Origin: Haplodiscus bocki
Lineage: Eukaryota
Reading direction: 5' to 3'
Assembly: GCA_965655095.1 (NCBI GenBank)
Contig: OZ296649.1
Span: 93,434,001-93,498,000 of the forward strand
DNA length: 64,000 nucleotides
A program made the translations under genes and the position numbers. Of the stretch, positions 40,428 through 55,400 are shown in pieces (the stretch's first letter is position 1; every line of letters starts with the position of its first letter). A model generated the notes under the pieces. That model saw only the letters and a program-made list of their open reading frames with translations. It had not been told where the DNA came from and did no database searches.

Positions 40428-43400
40428 TAAGGATGCAATTGATTCTCATCGTAGTAGTATCTGCTTCATGTCTTTAGAATTTCATACGGCTTTTTAGAAT
40501 GCAAAGATTACAAACGCACTAACTGAAAAAAGTGACATATTTAGGATGCCGGTCAGGTTGAAGAACACCCATAATTATAATCAATTAACGTGAAAAAATT
40601 GCGCTTAACTTATGAGAAGATTTTGTCTCACGACTGTTTCTTGTTCAGAAACTGTTGTATTCTGCAGCCAAGGATTGAAAAACGTGCGCCAGAGACCACT
40701 CGAAAAAAATGTAGAACGAGCGATTGGTTCTGCATGAACAATTAAATTTCATTCGAAAGCAAACGAAACAAGAACTTTCCCTGAAAGGAGTGAATGCGAA
40801 ACTGGAATCATTACAGAAAAAAAGATTTACAAATTAAAGTAAGGAAAGTAGAAGAGTAGAAGAGTAGAAGAGCGGTACTACCTTCAGTCCTTATAATCTT
40901 TACCACTTCAGCAACTCCACGAAAGCGGCTGACTCTCCAATAATGCACAAAGTAAAAGGAGGTGATACAAACCAGTACGAGTTGCTTTGACTGAAGCGAC
41001 AATTAGTTTGAGTGGCCGGAAGCTGTCGGTTAGGGACTTGAGTGAATTCGTGGATGCGCTTCTCGACAAAGAAGGCAAAATTGGCGAACACACCGTAAAG
41101 TCACTATTCTTTGCATGGTGTATTTCTTCGAGACTACTATGGGAAGATGATACCCAAAAGTTGCCAAAAGATGCCACTAAAATAGTCAACCATAGAATCT
41201 CGAAAAATAACAAAGTTCCAACATCGTTGTAGTTAACAAGAAAATTTTCAAACCAAACCTATTTTACTATACCAAACTAAAAAAAAACTTTTTTGTTTCA
41301 AATAATTGGACTGCGGTTTTGCAAGACCCAAAAAAAATAAGGCCTACCATGTAAAAACCTGTAAATACGTATGATTCATTATGATTCTCAATTCAATACC
41401 CTAAAACTTACATTTTTACTGAAACTCGGACAGCTCGCTCTAGCCCACTGATGAAAGGCAAAGGACAAATTTTTTATGCGACAACGCCTTTCACAATGTC
41501 TCGTATTCGCTTATTCTCCAGTATGTGTAATAGGGTTAAAACTTTATTGAGTTGGTCACTAGCGGCCACGCTGAATCCGTTCCATGGTAGCTCCCCAACT
41601 TTAATTGTGGAGAACTATGTGAGTCGGCCTCTACACATTCTCTTGAGACAATTTCTTCTATTGTGTGTCAGGCTTATCAAAAAAACCCTTTGCTAAAAGT
41701 TGATAAAAGTCAAAAAGACTGGCAAAAATAAGTATCAGTGTTTTTTCAACGAAGTTGGAGCAAAAAAGCTAAAATTGGAGACACATGATGTCGTTTCAGG
41801 TTCGAAGATGTTGCTACCCAATGTTCCAAAAAGTTTCACAATAAACAACGCATAAATGAACATCGTGGGAAGAGGCTGAATTTGACCGTTCACACTAGAT
41901 TCTTGATTGATACCTCAAGTGTTAGACAGAAAAGAGAAACTAATCATGAGCCGGTTTTAAATTAACATTCTTCAATTCAGTCAGAATGTGTAAAACTGTC
42001 CCGGTGTTTACACTTGTATAGGTTTTTGACCAAAAAACAAAACGTTTTTCAACTTCCAAGTTCTGACAGCTACAACGATGGTCCATATGGTGCCCCTCAA
42101 ATTCGTATGTAACTGTGATGCCTATTCAAAAATCAAGATATCGCACGAAAAAGCATCAAAAAACAACATGGTAATACAATAAAGTACAGTAATTGCAAGT
42201 GCTCCTTCATTTTGGGCGACATTAGTTGAAAACAAGGGTTCGGAAAGGTAATCATTTAGGTTATGAATTTAAGACGAAGCACGGCAATGGACTAGTAGCG
42301 GTCACAAAACAGGTGGTAGACGACAATATTTAATACGAACTGGAAATGGCCAACGCCGCGTTTCGCCCACCCGGAAAACTTTTGAAGGCATCGAAAGGAT
42401 TCGAATAACATACAAGAAGCAAGTAGAACTAGGCCATATGGTCACATAGATCGTCAAATACTCAGGCAAAAAATTTCTCAATTGATAAAAATAGCCAATC
42501 AATCGTAAAACTCTTGACAAATAGAAAGCTTCCTCCGACGTCAACGTTATCAGTAAAGCCGGAAACTCCCGAGTCATTACATTCTGCTGTCCTTAGTTGC
42601 TATTGAAATGCTGCGTTTATCCTTTGGGCCCCGTTGTCACATTAAGATACAGATCTTCATGAAAGATTATGTAATAAGAAAGAAAACTAACTCAATGCGA
42701 CCTTCTGTTTTTGCTGAGACAACTTAGTATTGTACGAATGTTTATTTTCTGCTAATACGAAGTTAAAGTTTAATAAAAGACGAGCTCAGAGGAAAGAATG
42801 AAGGAATTGAAAAAAGGATTCAATAATTCTGACCATAAACCATGTTTGAATTTGAGGAGAGAACAAAGATGTATCTCGACCAAATTGGTGTTTCCAGCCG
42901 TCACAGCTTCAATCTCCAATCTATCACCGGGATGATAGTGTGCGCGTTATCTTCCGGTAAACATGGGCTTTCAATTTTCTGGAAGGTTTTGTGCAAATCC
43001 GTGGTTCATCTAGAAATAAATTACACGGTTCCTCCCTGGACAAATGAAGATAATGAATTTTTAGAAATCAACACTCGAACAGGTTTGTGTCCACATTGCC
43101 CTCCAAAGCTTATCGGAGGATTCAGCGGCATTCCCATGCTGATACGAGAGTGCTGTTGACTACTCTGGAGGTGAGTGTTACGTCAATCTACGGAGATTGA
43201 TTCCGTGGGCAGTATGAGATTAAATCATACAGAAGACTAGTGTCCCTTCTTGGATGCCGGAGAAAAGCTTCAAACTCTTAATGATTGCATAATAAGTCGT
43301 TAGGTCACTTCTTCAATGATCTCAAAAAAAGCAGACGGCATATTACAAAATTGACCTTCCTGACTCAACACCGATGTCAACTTCAGAACTGAGCCGTTCG

Positions 43401-46400
43401 AAAAGAAAGAAATACAGTCAAACCGAGGTCTCTGATGAAATTTGTTACCTTCCGTTTAAGGATGCAATTGATCCTCATCGTAGTAGTATCTGCTTCATGT
43501 CTTTAGAATTTCATACGGCTTTTTAGAATGCAAAGATTACAAACGCACTAATTGAAGAAAGTAACATATTTAGGATGCCGGTAAGGTTGAAGAACGCCCA
43601 TTATTATAAGCAATTAACGTGAAAAAATTGCGCTTAACTTATGAGAAGATTTTGTCTCACGAGTGTTTCTTGTTCAGAAACTGTTGTATTCGACAGCCAA
43701 GGATTGAAAAACGTGCGCCAGAGACCACTCGAAAAAAAAGTAGAACGAGCGATTGGTTTTGCACGAACAATTGAATTTCATTCGAAAGCAAATGAAACAA
43801 GAAGTTTCCCTGAAAGGAGTGAATGCGAAACTGGAATCATTACAGAAAAAAAGATTTACAAATTAAAGTAAGGAAAGTAGAAGAGCGGTACTACCTTCAG
43901 TCCCTATAATCTTTACCACTTCAGCAACTCCACGAAAGCGGCTGACTCTCCGATAATGCACAAAGTAAAAGGAGGTGATAAAAACCAGTACGAGTTGCTT
44001 TGACTGAAGCGACAATTAGTTTGAGTGGCCGGAAGCTGTCGGTTAGGGACTTGAGTGAATTCGTGGATGCGCTTCTCGACAAAGAAGGCAAAATTGGCGA
44101 ACACACCGTAAAGTAACTATTCTTTGCATGGTGTATTTCTTCGAGACTACTATGGGAAGATGATACCCAAAAGTTGCCAAAAGATGCCACTAAAATAGTC
44201 AACCATAGAATCTCGAAAAACAACAAAGTTCCAGCATCGTTGTAGTTAACAAGAAAATTTTCAAACCAAACCTATTTTACTATACCAAACTAAAAAAAAA
44301 CTTTTTTGTTTCAAATAATTGGACTTCTGTTTTGCAAGACCCAACAAAAATAAGGCCTACCATGTAAAAACCTGTAAATACGTATGATTCATTATGATTC
44401 TCAATTCAATACCCTAAAACTTACATTTTTACTGAAACTCGGACAGCTCGCTCTAGCCCACTGATGAAAGGCAAAGGACAAACTTTTTATGCGACAACGC
44501 CTTTCGCAATGTCTCGTATTCGCTTTTTCTCCTGTATGTGTAAAAGGGTGAAAACTTTATTGAGTTGGTCACTAGCGGCAACGCTGAATCCGTTCCATGG
44601 TAGCTCCCCAACTTTAATTGTGGAGAACTATGTGAGTCGGCCTCTACACATTCTCTTTTCAATTCCATCTCTTGAGACAATTTCTTCTATTGTGTGTCAG
44701 GCTTATCGAAATATCAAGAAAAAATTGTTTGCTAAAAGTCAAAAATAGTGGCAAAAATAAGTATCAGTGTTTCTTTAACGAAATTGGAGCAAAAAAGCTG
44801 ACATTGAAGACCCATGATGTCGTTTCAGGTTCGAACATGTTGCTGCCCAATGTTCCAAAAAGTTTCACAATAAACAAAGCATAAACGAACATCGTGAGAA
44901 GAGGCTGTTTTTGACCGTTCACACTAGATTATTGATTGATACATCAAATGTAAGACAGAAAAGAGAAATTAAGCATGAGCCGGTTTTAAACTAACATTCT
45001 TCCATTCAGTCAATGTGTAAAAGTGTCCCTGTGTTTACACTTGTATAGGTTTTTGACCAAAAAACAAAAGTTTTTTGAACTTCCAAGTTCTGACCGCAAC
45101 AACGATGGTCCATATGGTGCCTCTCAACTTCGTATGCAACTGTGCTGCCTTTTCAAAAAAATCAAGATATCGCACGAAAAAGCATCAAAAAACAACCAAC
45201 CTGGTAACACAATTAAGTATTCGATGACGAGGCACGGCAAAGGACTAGTACCGGTCACAAAACAGGTGGTAGACGACAAAAGTTGAAACGAACTGGAATT
45301 GGCCAACGCCACGTTTCGCCCATCCGGAAAACTTTTGAAGGCATCAGAAAGCATTCGAATAACATACGAGAAGTAAGTATAACTAGGCCATACGATCACA
45401 TAGATCGTCAAATACTCAAGAAAATTATTTTTCAAATGATAAAAATTGCCAATCAATCGTAAAACTCTTGACAAATAGAAAGCTTCCTCCGACGTCAACG
45501 TTATCAGTAAAGCCGGAAACTCCCGAGTCATTACATTCTGCTGTCCTTAGTTGCTATTGAAATTCTGCGTTTATCCTTTGGGCCCCGTTGTCACATTAAG
45601 ATACAGATCTTCATGAAAGATTATGTAATAAGAAAGAAAACTAACTCAATGCGACCTTCTGTTTTTGCTGAGACAACTTAGTATTGTACGAATGTTTATT
45701 TTCTGCTAATACGAAGTTAAAGTTTAATAAAAGACGAGTTCAGAGGAAAGAATGAAGGAAATGGAAAAAGGACTCAATAATTCTGACCATAAACCATGTT
45801 TGAATTTGAGGAGAGAACAAAGATTTATCTCGACCAAATTGGTGTTTCCAGCCGTCACAACTTCAATCTCCAATCTATCACCGGGATGATAGTGTGCGCG
45901 TTATCTTCTGGTAAACATGGGCTTTCAATTTTCTGGAAGGTTTTGTGCAAATTCGTGGTTCATCTAGAAATAAATTACACGGTTCCTCCCTGGACAAATG
46001 AAGATATTGAATTTTTAGAAATCAACACTCGTACAGGTTTGTGTCCACATTGCCCTCCAAAGCTTATCGGAGGATTCAGCGGCATTCCCATGCTGATACG
46101 AGAGTGCTGTTGACTACTCTGGAGTTGAGTGTTACGTCAATCTACGAAGATTGATTCCGTGGGCAGTATGAGATTAAATCATACAGAAGACTAGTGTCCC
46201 TTCTTGGATGCCGGAGAAAAGCTTCAAACTCTTAATGATTGCATAATAAGTCGTTAGGTCACTTCTTCAATGATCTCAAAAAAAGCAGACGGCATATTAC
46301 AAAATTGACCTTCCTGACTCAACACCGATGTCAACTTCAGAACTGAGCCGTTCGAAAAGAAAGAAATACAGTCAAACCGAGGTCTCTGATGAAATTTGTT

Positions 46401-49400
46401 ACCTTCCGTTTAAGGATGCAATTGATCCTCATCGTAGTAGTATCTGCTTCATGTCTTTAGAATTTCATACGGCTTTTTAGAATGCAAAGATTACAAACGC
46501 ACTAATTGAAGAAAGTAACATATTTAGGATGCCGGTAAGGTTGAAGAACGCCCATTATTATAAGCAATTAACGTGAAAAAATTGCGCTTAACTTATGAGA
46601 AGATTTTGTCTCACGAGTGTTTCTTGTTCAGAAACTGTTGTATTCGACTGCCAAGGATTGAAAAACGTGCGCCAGAGACCACTCGAAAAAAAAGTAGAAC
46701 GAGCGATTGGTTTTGCACGAACAATTGAATTTCATTCGAAAGCAAATGAAACAAGAAGTTTCCCTGAAAGGAGTGAATGCGAAACTGGAATCATTACAGA
46801 AAAAAAGATTTACAAATTAAAGTAAGGAAAGTAGAAGAGCGGTACTACCTTCAGTCCCTATAATCTTTACCACTTCAGCAACTCCACGAAAGCGGCTGAC
46901 TCTCCGATAATGCACAAAGTAAAAGGAGGTGATAAAAACCAGTACGAGTTGCTTTGACTGAAGCGACAATTAGTTTGAGTGGCCGGAAGCTGTCGGTTAG
47001 GGACTTGAGTGAATTCGTGGATGCGCTTCTTGACAAAAGCAATATTGCCGAAAACACCGTAAAGTCAGTATTCTTTGCATGGTGTATTTCTTCGAGACTA
47101 CTATGGGAAGATGATACGCAAAAGTTGCCAAGAGATGCCACTGAAATAGTCAACCCTAGAATCTCGAAAAACAACAAAGTTCCAACATCGTTGTAGTTAA
47201 CAAGAAAATTTTCAAACCAAACCTATTTTACTATACCAAACTAAAAAAAAACTTTTTTGTTTCAAATAATTGGACTTCTGTTTTGCAAGACCCAAAAAAA
47301 AATAAGGCCTACCATGTAAAAACCTGTAAATACGTATGATTCATTATGATTCTCAATTCAATACCCTAAAACTTACATTTTTACTGAAACTCGGAAAGCT
47401 CGCTCTAGCCCACTGATGAAAGGCAAAGGACAAACTTTTTATGCGACAACGCCTTTCGCAATGTCTCGTATTCGCTTTTTCTCCTGTATGTGTAAAAGGG
47501 TGAAAACTTTATTGAGTTGGTCACTAGCGGCAACGCTGAATCCGTTCCATGGTAGCTCCCCAACTTTAATTGTGGAGAACTATGTGAGTCGGCCTCTACA
47601 CATTCTCTTTTCAATTCCATCTCTTGAGACAATTTCTTCTATTGTGTGTCAGGCTTATCGAAATATCAAAAAAAAATTGTTTGCTAAAAGTCAAAAATAG
47701 TGGCAAAAATAAGTATCAGTGTTTCTTTAACGAAATTGGAGCAAAAAAGCTGACATTGAAGACACATGATTTCGTTTCAGGTTCGAACATGTTGCTGCCC
47801 AATGTTACAAAAAGTTTCACAATAAACAAAGCATAAACGAACATCGTGAGAAGAGGCTGTTTTTGACCGTTCACACTAGATTATTGATTGATACATCAAA
47901 TGTAAGACAGAAAAGAGAAATTAAGCATGAGCCGACTTTAAACTAACATTCTTCCATTCAGTCAATGTGTAAAAGTGTCCCTGTGTTTACACTTGTATAG
48001 GTTTTTGACCAAAAAACAAAAGGTTTTTGAGCTTCCAAGTTCTGACCGCAACAACGATGGTCCATATGGTGCCTCTCAACTTCGTATGCAACTGTGCTGC
48101 CTTTTCAAAAAAATCAAGATATCGCACGAAAAAGCATCAAAAAACAACCAACCTGGTAACACAATTAAGTATTCGATGACGAGGCACGGCAAAGGACTAG
48201 TACCGGTCACAAAACAGGTGGTAGACGACAAAAGTTAAAACGAACTGGAATTGGCCAACGCCACGTTTCGCCCATCCGGAAAACTTTTGAAGGCATCAGA
48301 AAGCATTCGAATAACAAACGAGAAGTAAGTATAACTAGGCGATACGATCACATAGATCGTCAAATACTCAAGAAAATTTTTTTTCAAATGATAAAAATTG
48401 CCAATCAATCGTAAAACTCTTGACAAATAGAAAGCTTCCTCCGATGTCAACGTTATCAGTAAAGCCGGAAAAACCCGAGTCATTACATTCTGCTGTGCTT
48501 AGTTGCTATTGAATTGCTGCGTTCATCCTTTGGGCCCCGTTGTCACATTAAGATACAGATCTTCAAGGAAGATTATGTAATAAGAAAGAAAATTAACTCA
48601 ATGCGACCTTCTGTTTTTGCTGAGACAACTTAGTATTGTACGAATGTTTATTTTCTTCTAATAAGAAGTTAAAGTTTAATAAAAGACGAGTTCAGAGGAA
48701 AGAATGAAGGAAATGGAAAAAGGACTCAATAATTCTGACCATAAACCATGTTTGAATTTGAGGAGAGAACAAAGATTTATCTCGACCAAATTGGTGTTTC
48801 CAGCCGTCACAACTTCAATCTCCAATCTATCACCGGGATGATAGTGTGCGCGTTATCTTCTGGTAAACATGGGCTTTCAATTTTCTGGAAGGTTTTGTGC
48901 AAATTCGTGGTTCATCTAGAAATAAATTACACGGTTCCTCCCTGGACAAATGAAGATATTGAATTTTTAGAAATCAACACTTGTACAGGTTTGTGTCCAC
49001 ATTGCTCTCCAAAGCTTACCGGAGGATTCAGCGGCATTCCCATGCTGATACGAGAGTGCTGTTGACTACTCTGGAAGTGAGTGTTACGTCAATCTACGAA
49101 GATTGATTCCGTGGGCAGTATGAGATTAAATCATACAGAAGACTAGTGTCCCTTCTTGGATGCCGGAGAAAAGCTTCAACCTCTTAAAGATTGCATAATA
49201 AGTCGTTAGGTCACTTCTTCAATGATCTCAAAAAAAGCAGACGGCATATTACAAAATTGACCTTCCTGACTCAACACCGATGTCAACTTCAGAACTGAGC
49301 CGTTCGAAAAGAAAGAAATACAGTCAAACCGAGGTCTCTGATGAAATTTGTTACCTTCGATTCAATGATGCAAGTGATCCTCATCGTAGTAGTGTCTGCT

Positions 49401-52400
49401 TCATGTCTTTAGAATTTCATACGCCTCTTTAGAATGCAAAGACTACAAACGCACTAACTGAAGAAAGTGACATATTTAGGATGCCGGTAAGGTTGAAGAA
49501 CGCCCATTAATATAATCAATTACCGTGAAAAAATTGCGCTTAATTTATGAGAAGATTTTGTCTCACGAGTGTTTCTTGTTCAGAAACTGTTGTATTCGAC
49601 AGCCAAGGATTGAAAAACGTGCGCCAGAGACCACTCGAAAAAAAAGTAGAACGAGCGATTGGTTTTGCACGAACAATTGAATTTCATTCGAAAGCAAATG
49701 AAACAAGAAGTTTCCCTGAAAGGAGTGAATGCGAAACTGGAATCATTACAGAAAAAAAGATTTACAAATTAAAGTAAGGAAAGTAGAAGAGTAGAAGAGC
49801 GGTACTACCTTCAGTCCTTATAATCTTTACCACTTCAGCAACTCCACGAAAGCGGCTGACTCTCCAATAATGCACAAAGTAAAAGGAGGTGATACAAACC
49901 AGTACGAGTTGCTTTGACTGAAGCGACAATTAGTTTGAGTGGCCAGAAGCTGTCGATTAGGGACTTGAGTGAATTCGTGGATGCGCTTCTTGACAAAGAA
50001 GGCAAAATTGGCGAACACACCGTAAAGTCACTATTCTTTGCATGGTGTATTTCTTCGAGACTACTATGGGAAGATGATACCCAAAAGTTGCCAAAAGATG
50101 CCACTAAAATAGTCAACCCTAGAATCTCGAAAAATAACAAAGTTCCAACATCGTTGTAGTTAACAAGAAAATCTTCATATCAAACCTATTTTACAGTACC
50201 AAACCATAAAAACCTTTTTTGTTTCAACTAATTGGACTGCGGTTTTGGAAGACCCAAAGAAAATTGGGCCAGCCATGTAGATAACTGTACATACGCATGA
50301 TTCATTATTAATTTCAATTCAATACCCTAAAACTTACATTTTTACTGAAACTCTGACAGCTCGCTATAGCCCACTGATGAAAGGCAAAGGACAAATTTTT
50401 TATGCGACAACGCCTTTCACAATGTCTCGTATTCATTTATTCTCCAGTATGTGTAATAGGGTTAAAACTTTATTGAGTTGGTCACTAGCGGCCACGCTGA
50501 ATTCGTTCCATGGTAGCTCCCCATCTTTAATTGTGGAGAACTATGTGAGTCGGCCTCCACACATTCTCTTGAGACAATTTGTTCTATTGTGTGTCAGGCT
50601 TATCAAAAAAACTCTGCTAAAAGTTGATAAAAGTCAAAAAGACTGGCAAAAATAACTACCAGTGTTCTTTTAACGAAGTTGGAGCAAAAAAGATGAATTT
50701 GAAGACACATGATGTCGTTTCAGGTTCGAAGATGTTGCTGCCCAATGTTCCAAAAAGTTTCACAATAAACAACGCATGAATGAACATCGTGGGAAGAGGC
50801 TGAATTTGACCGTTCACACTAGATTCTTGATTGATACCTCAAGTGTTAGACAGAAAAGAGAAACTAATCATGAGCCGGTTTTAAATTAACATTCTTCCAT
50901 TCAGTCAGAATGTGTAAAACTGTCCCGGTGTTTACACTTGTAAAGGTTTTTGACCAAAAAACAAAACGTTTTTCAACTTCCAAGTTCTGAGAGCTACAAC
51001 GATGGTCCATATGGTGCCTCCTAAATTGGTATGCAACTGTGCTGCCTTTTCAAAAAAATCAAGATATCGCACGAAAAAGCATCAAAAAACAACCTGGTAA
51101 TACAATTAAGTACAGTAATTGCAAGTGCTCCTTCATTTTGGGCGACATTAGTTGAAAACAAGGGTTCGTAAAGGTAATCATTTAGGTTATGAATGTAAGA
51201 GGAGGCACGGCAATGGACTAGTAGTGGTCACAAAACAGGTGGTAGACGACAATATTTAATACGAACTGGAAATGGCCAGCGCCACGTTTCGCCCACCCGG
51301 AAAACTTTTGAAGGCATCAGAAAGCATTCGAATAACATACAAGAAGCAAGTAAAACTAGGCCATACGGTCACATAGATCGTCAAATACTCAGGCAAAAAA
51401 TTTCTCAAATGATAAAAATCGCCAATCAATCGTAAAACTCTTGACAAATAGAAAACTTCCTCCGACGTCAACGTTATCAGTAAAGCCGGAAACTCCCGAG
51501 TCATTACATTCTGCTGTCCTTAGTTGCTATTGAAATGCTGCGTTTATCCTTTGGGCCCCGTTGTCACATTAAGATACAGATCTTCATGAAAGATTATGTA
51601 ATAAGAAAGAAAACTAACTCAATGCGACCTTCTGTTTTTGCTGAGACAACTTAGTATTGTACGAATGTTTATTTTCTGCTAATACGAAGTTAAAGTTTAA
51701 TAAAAGACGAGCTCAGAGGAAAGAATGAAGGAATTGAAAAAAGGATTCAATAATTCTGACCATAAACCATGTTTGAATTTGAGGAGAGAACAAAGATGTA
51801 TCTCGACCAAATTGGTGTTTCCAGCCGTCACAGCTTCAATCTCCAATCTATCACCGGGATGATAGTGTCTGCGTTATCTTCTGTCTTCTGGTAAACATAG
51901 GCTTTCAATTTTCCCGAAGGTTTTGCACAAATTCGTGGTCCATCTAGAAATAAATTACACGGTTCCTCCCTGGACAAATGAAGATATTGAATTTTTAGAA
52001 ATCAACACTCGTACAGGTTTGTGTCCACATTGCCCTCCAAAGCTTACCGGAGGATTCAGCGGCATTCCCATGCTGATACGAGAGTGCTGTTGACTACTCT
52101 GGAAGTGAGTGTTACGTCAATCTACGAAGATTGATTCCGTGGGCAGTATGAGATTAAATCATACAGAAGACAAGTGTCCCTTCTTGGATGCCGGAGAAAA
52201 GCTTCAACCTCTTAAAGATTGCATAATAAGTCGTTAGGTCACTTCTTCAATGATCTCAAAAAAAGCAGACGGCATATTACAAAATTGACCTTCCTGACTC
52301 AACACCGATGTCAACTTCAGAACTGAGCCGTTCGAAAAGAAAGAAATACAGTCAAACCGAGGTCTCTGATGAAATTTGTTACCTTCCATTCAATGATGCA

Positions 52401-55400
52401 AGTGATCCTCATCGTAGTAGTGTCTGCTTCATGTCTTTAGAATTTCATACGCCTCTTTAGAATGCAAAGACTACAAACGCACTAACTGAAGAAAGTGACA
52501 TATTCAGGATGCCGGTAAGGTTGAAGAACGCCCATTAATATAATCAATTACCGTGAAAAAATTGCGCTTAATTTATGAAAAGATTTTGTCTCACGAGTGT
52601 TTCTTGTTCAGAAACTGTTGTATTCGACAGCCAAGGATTGAAAAACGTGCGCCAGAGACCACTCGAAAAAAAAAGTAGAACGAGCGATTGGTTTTGCACG
52701 AACAATTGAATTTCATTCGAAAGCAAATGAAACAAGAAGTTTCCCTGAAAGGAGTGAATGCGAAACTGGAATCATTACAGAAAAAAAGATTTACAAATTA
52801 AAGTAAGGAAAGTAGAAGAGCGGTACTACCTTCAGTCCCTATAATCTTTACCACTTCAGCAACTCCACGAAAGCGGCTGACTCTCCGATAATGCACAAAG
52901 TAAAAGGAGGTGATAAAAACCAGTACGAGTTGCTTTGACTGAAGCGACAATTAGTTTGAGTGGCCGGAAGCTGTCGATTAGGGACTTGAGTGAATTCGTG
53001 GATGCGCTTCTCGACAAAGAAGGCAAAATTGGCGAACACACCGTAAAGTCACTATTCTTTGCATGGTGTATTTCTTCGAGACTACTATGGGAAGATGATA
53101 CCCAAAAGTTGCCAAAAGATGCCACTAAAATAGTCAACCATAGAATCTCGAAAAACAACAAAGTTCCAACATCGTTGTAGTTAACAAGAAAATTTTCAAA
53201 CCAAACCTATTTTACTATACCAAACTAAAAAAAAACTTTTTTGTTTCAAATAATTGGACTTCTGTTTTGCAAGACCCAAAAAAAATAAGGCCTACCATGT
53301 AAAAACCTGTAAATACGTATGATTCATTATGATTCTCAATTCAATACCCTAAAACTTACATTTTTACTGAAACTCGGAAAGCTCGCTCTAGCCCACTGAT
53401 GAAAGGCAAAGGACAAACTTTTTATGCGACAACGCCTTTCGCAATGTCTCGTATTCGCTTTTTCTCCTGTATGTGTAAAAGGGTGAAAACTTTATTGAGT
53501 TGGTCACTAGCGGCAACGCTGAATCCGTTCCATGGTAGCTCCCCAACTTTAATTGTGGAGAACTATGTGAGTCGGCCTCTACACATTCTCTTTTCAATTC
53601 CATCTCTTGAGACAATTTCTTCTATTGTGTGTCAGGCTTATCGAAATATCAAAAAAAAATTGTTTGCTAAAAGTCAAAAATAGTGGCAAAAATAAGTATC
53701 AGTGTTTCTCTAACGAAATTGGAGCAAAAAAGCTGACATTGAAGACACATGATTTCGTTTCAGGTTCGAACATGTTGCTGCCCAATGTTCCAAAAAGTTT
53801 CACAATAAACAAAGCATAAACGAACATCGTGAGAAGAGGCTGTTTTTGACCGTTCACACTAGATTATTGATTGATACATCAAATGTAAGACAGAAAAGAG
53901 AAATTAAGCATGAGCCGGTTTTAAACTAACATTCTTCCATTCAGTCAATGTGTAAAAGTGTCCCTGTGTTTACACTTGTATAGGTTTTTGACCAAAAAAC
54001 AAAAGGTTTTTGAACTTCCAAGTTCTGACCGCAACAACGATGGTCCATATGGTGCCTCTCAACTTCGTATGCAACTGTGCTGCCTTTTCAAAAAAATCAA
54101 GATATCGCACGAAAAAGCATCAAAAAACAACCAACCTGGTAACACAATTAAGTATTCGATGACGAGGCACGGCAAAGGACTAGTACCGGTCACAAAACAG
54201 GTGGTAGACGACAAAAGTTAAAACGAACTGGAATTGGCCAACGCCACGTTTCGCCCATCCGGAAAACTTTTGAAGGCATCAGAAAGCATTCGAATAACAA
54301 ACGAGAAGTAAGTATAACTAGGCGATACGATCACATAGATCGTCAAATACTCAAGAAATTTTTTTTTCAAATGATAAAAATTGCCAATCAATCGTAAAAC
54401 TCTTGACAAATAGAAAGCTTCCTCCGATGTCAACGTTATCAGTAAAGCCGGAAAAACCCGAGTCATTACATTCTGCTGTGCTTAGTTGCTATTGAATTGC
54501 TGCGTTCATCCTTTGGGCCCCGTTGTCACATTAAGATACAGATCTTCAAGGAAGATTATGTAATAAGAAAGAAAATTAACTCAATGCGACCTTCTGTTTT
54601 TGCTGAGACAACTTAGTATTGTACGAATGTTTATTTTCTTCTAATAAGAAGTTAAAGTTTAATAAAAGACGAGTTCAGAGGAAAGAATGAAGGAAATGGA
54701 AAAAGGACTCAATAATTCTGACCATAAACCATGTTTGAATTTGAGGAGAGAACAAAGATTTATCTCGACCAAATTGGTGTTTCCAGCCGTCACAACTTCA
54801 ATCTCCAATCTATCACCGGGATGATAGTGTGCGCGTTATCTTCTGGTAAACATGGGCTTTCAATTTTCTGGAAGGTTTTGTGCAAATTCGTGGTTCATCT
54901 AGAAATAAATTACACGGTTCCTCCCTGGACAAATGAAGATATTGAATTTTTAGAAATCAACACTCGTACAGGTTTGTGTCCACATTGCTCTCCAAAGCTT
55001 ACCGGAGGATTCAGCGGCATTCCCATGCTGATACGAGAGTGCTGTTGACTACTCTGGAAGTGAGTGTTACGTCAATCTACGAAGATTGATTCCGTGGGCA
55101 GTATGAGATTAAATCGTACAGAAGACTAGTGTCCCTTCTTGGATGCCGGAGAAAAGCTTCAACCTCTTAAAGATTGCATAATAAGTCGTTAGGTCACTTC
55201 TTCAATGATCTCAAAAAAAGCAGACGGCATATTACAAAATTGACCTTCCTGACTCAACACCGATGTCAACTTCAGAACTGAGCCGTTCGAAAAGAAAGAA
55301 ATACAGTCAAACCGAGGTCTCTGATGAAATTTGTTACCTTCCATTCAATGATGCAAGTGATCCTCATCGTAGTAGTGTCTGCTTCATGTCTTTAGAATTT

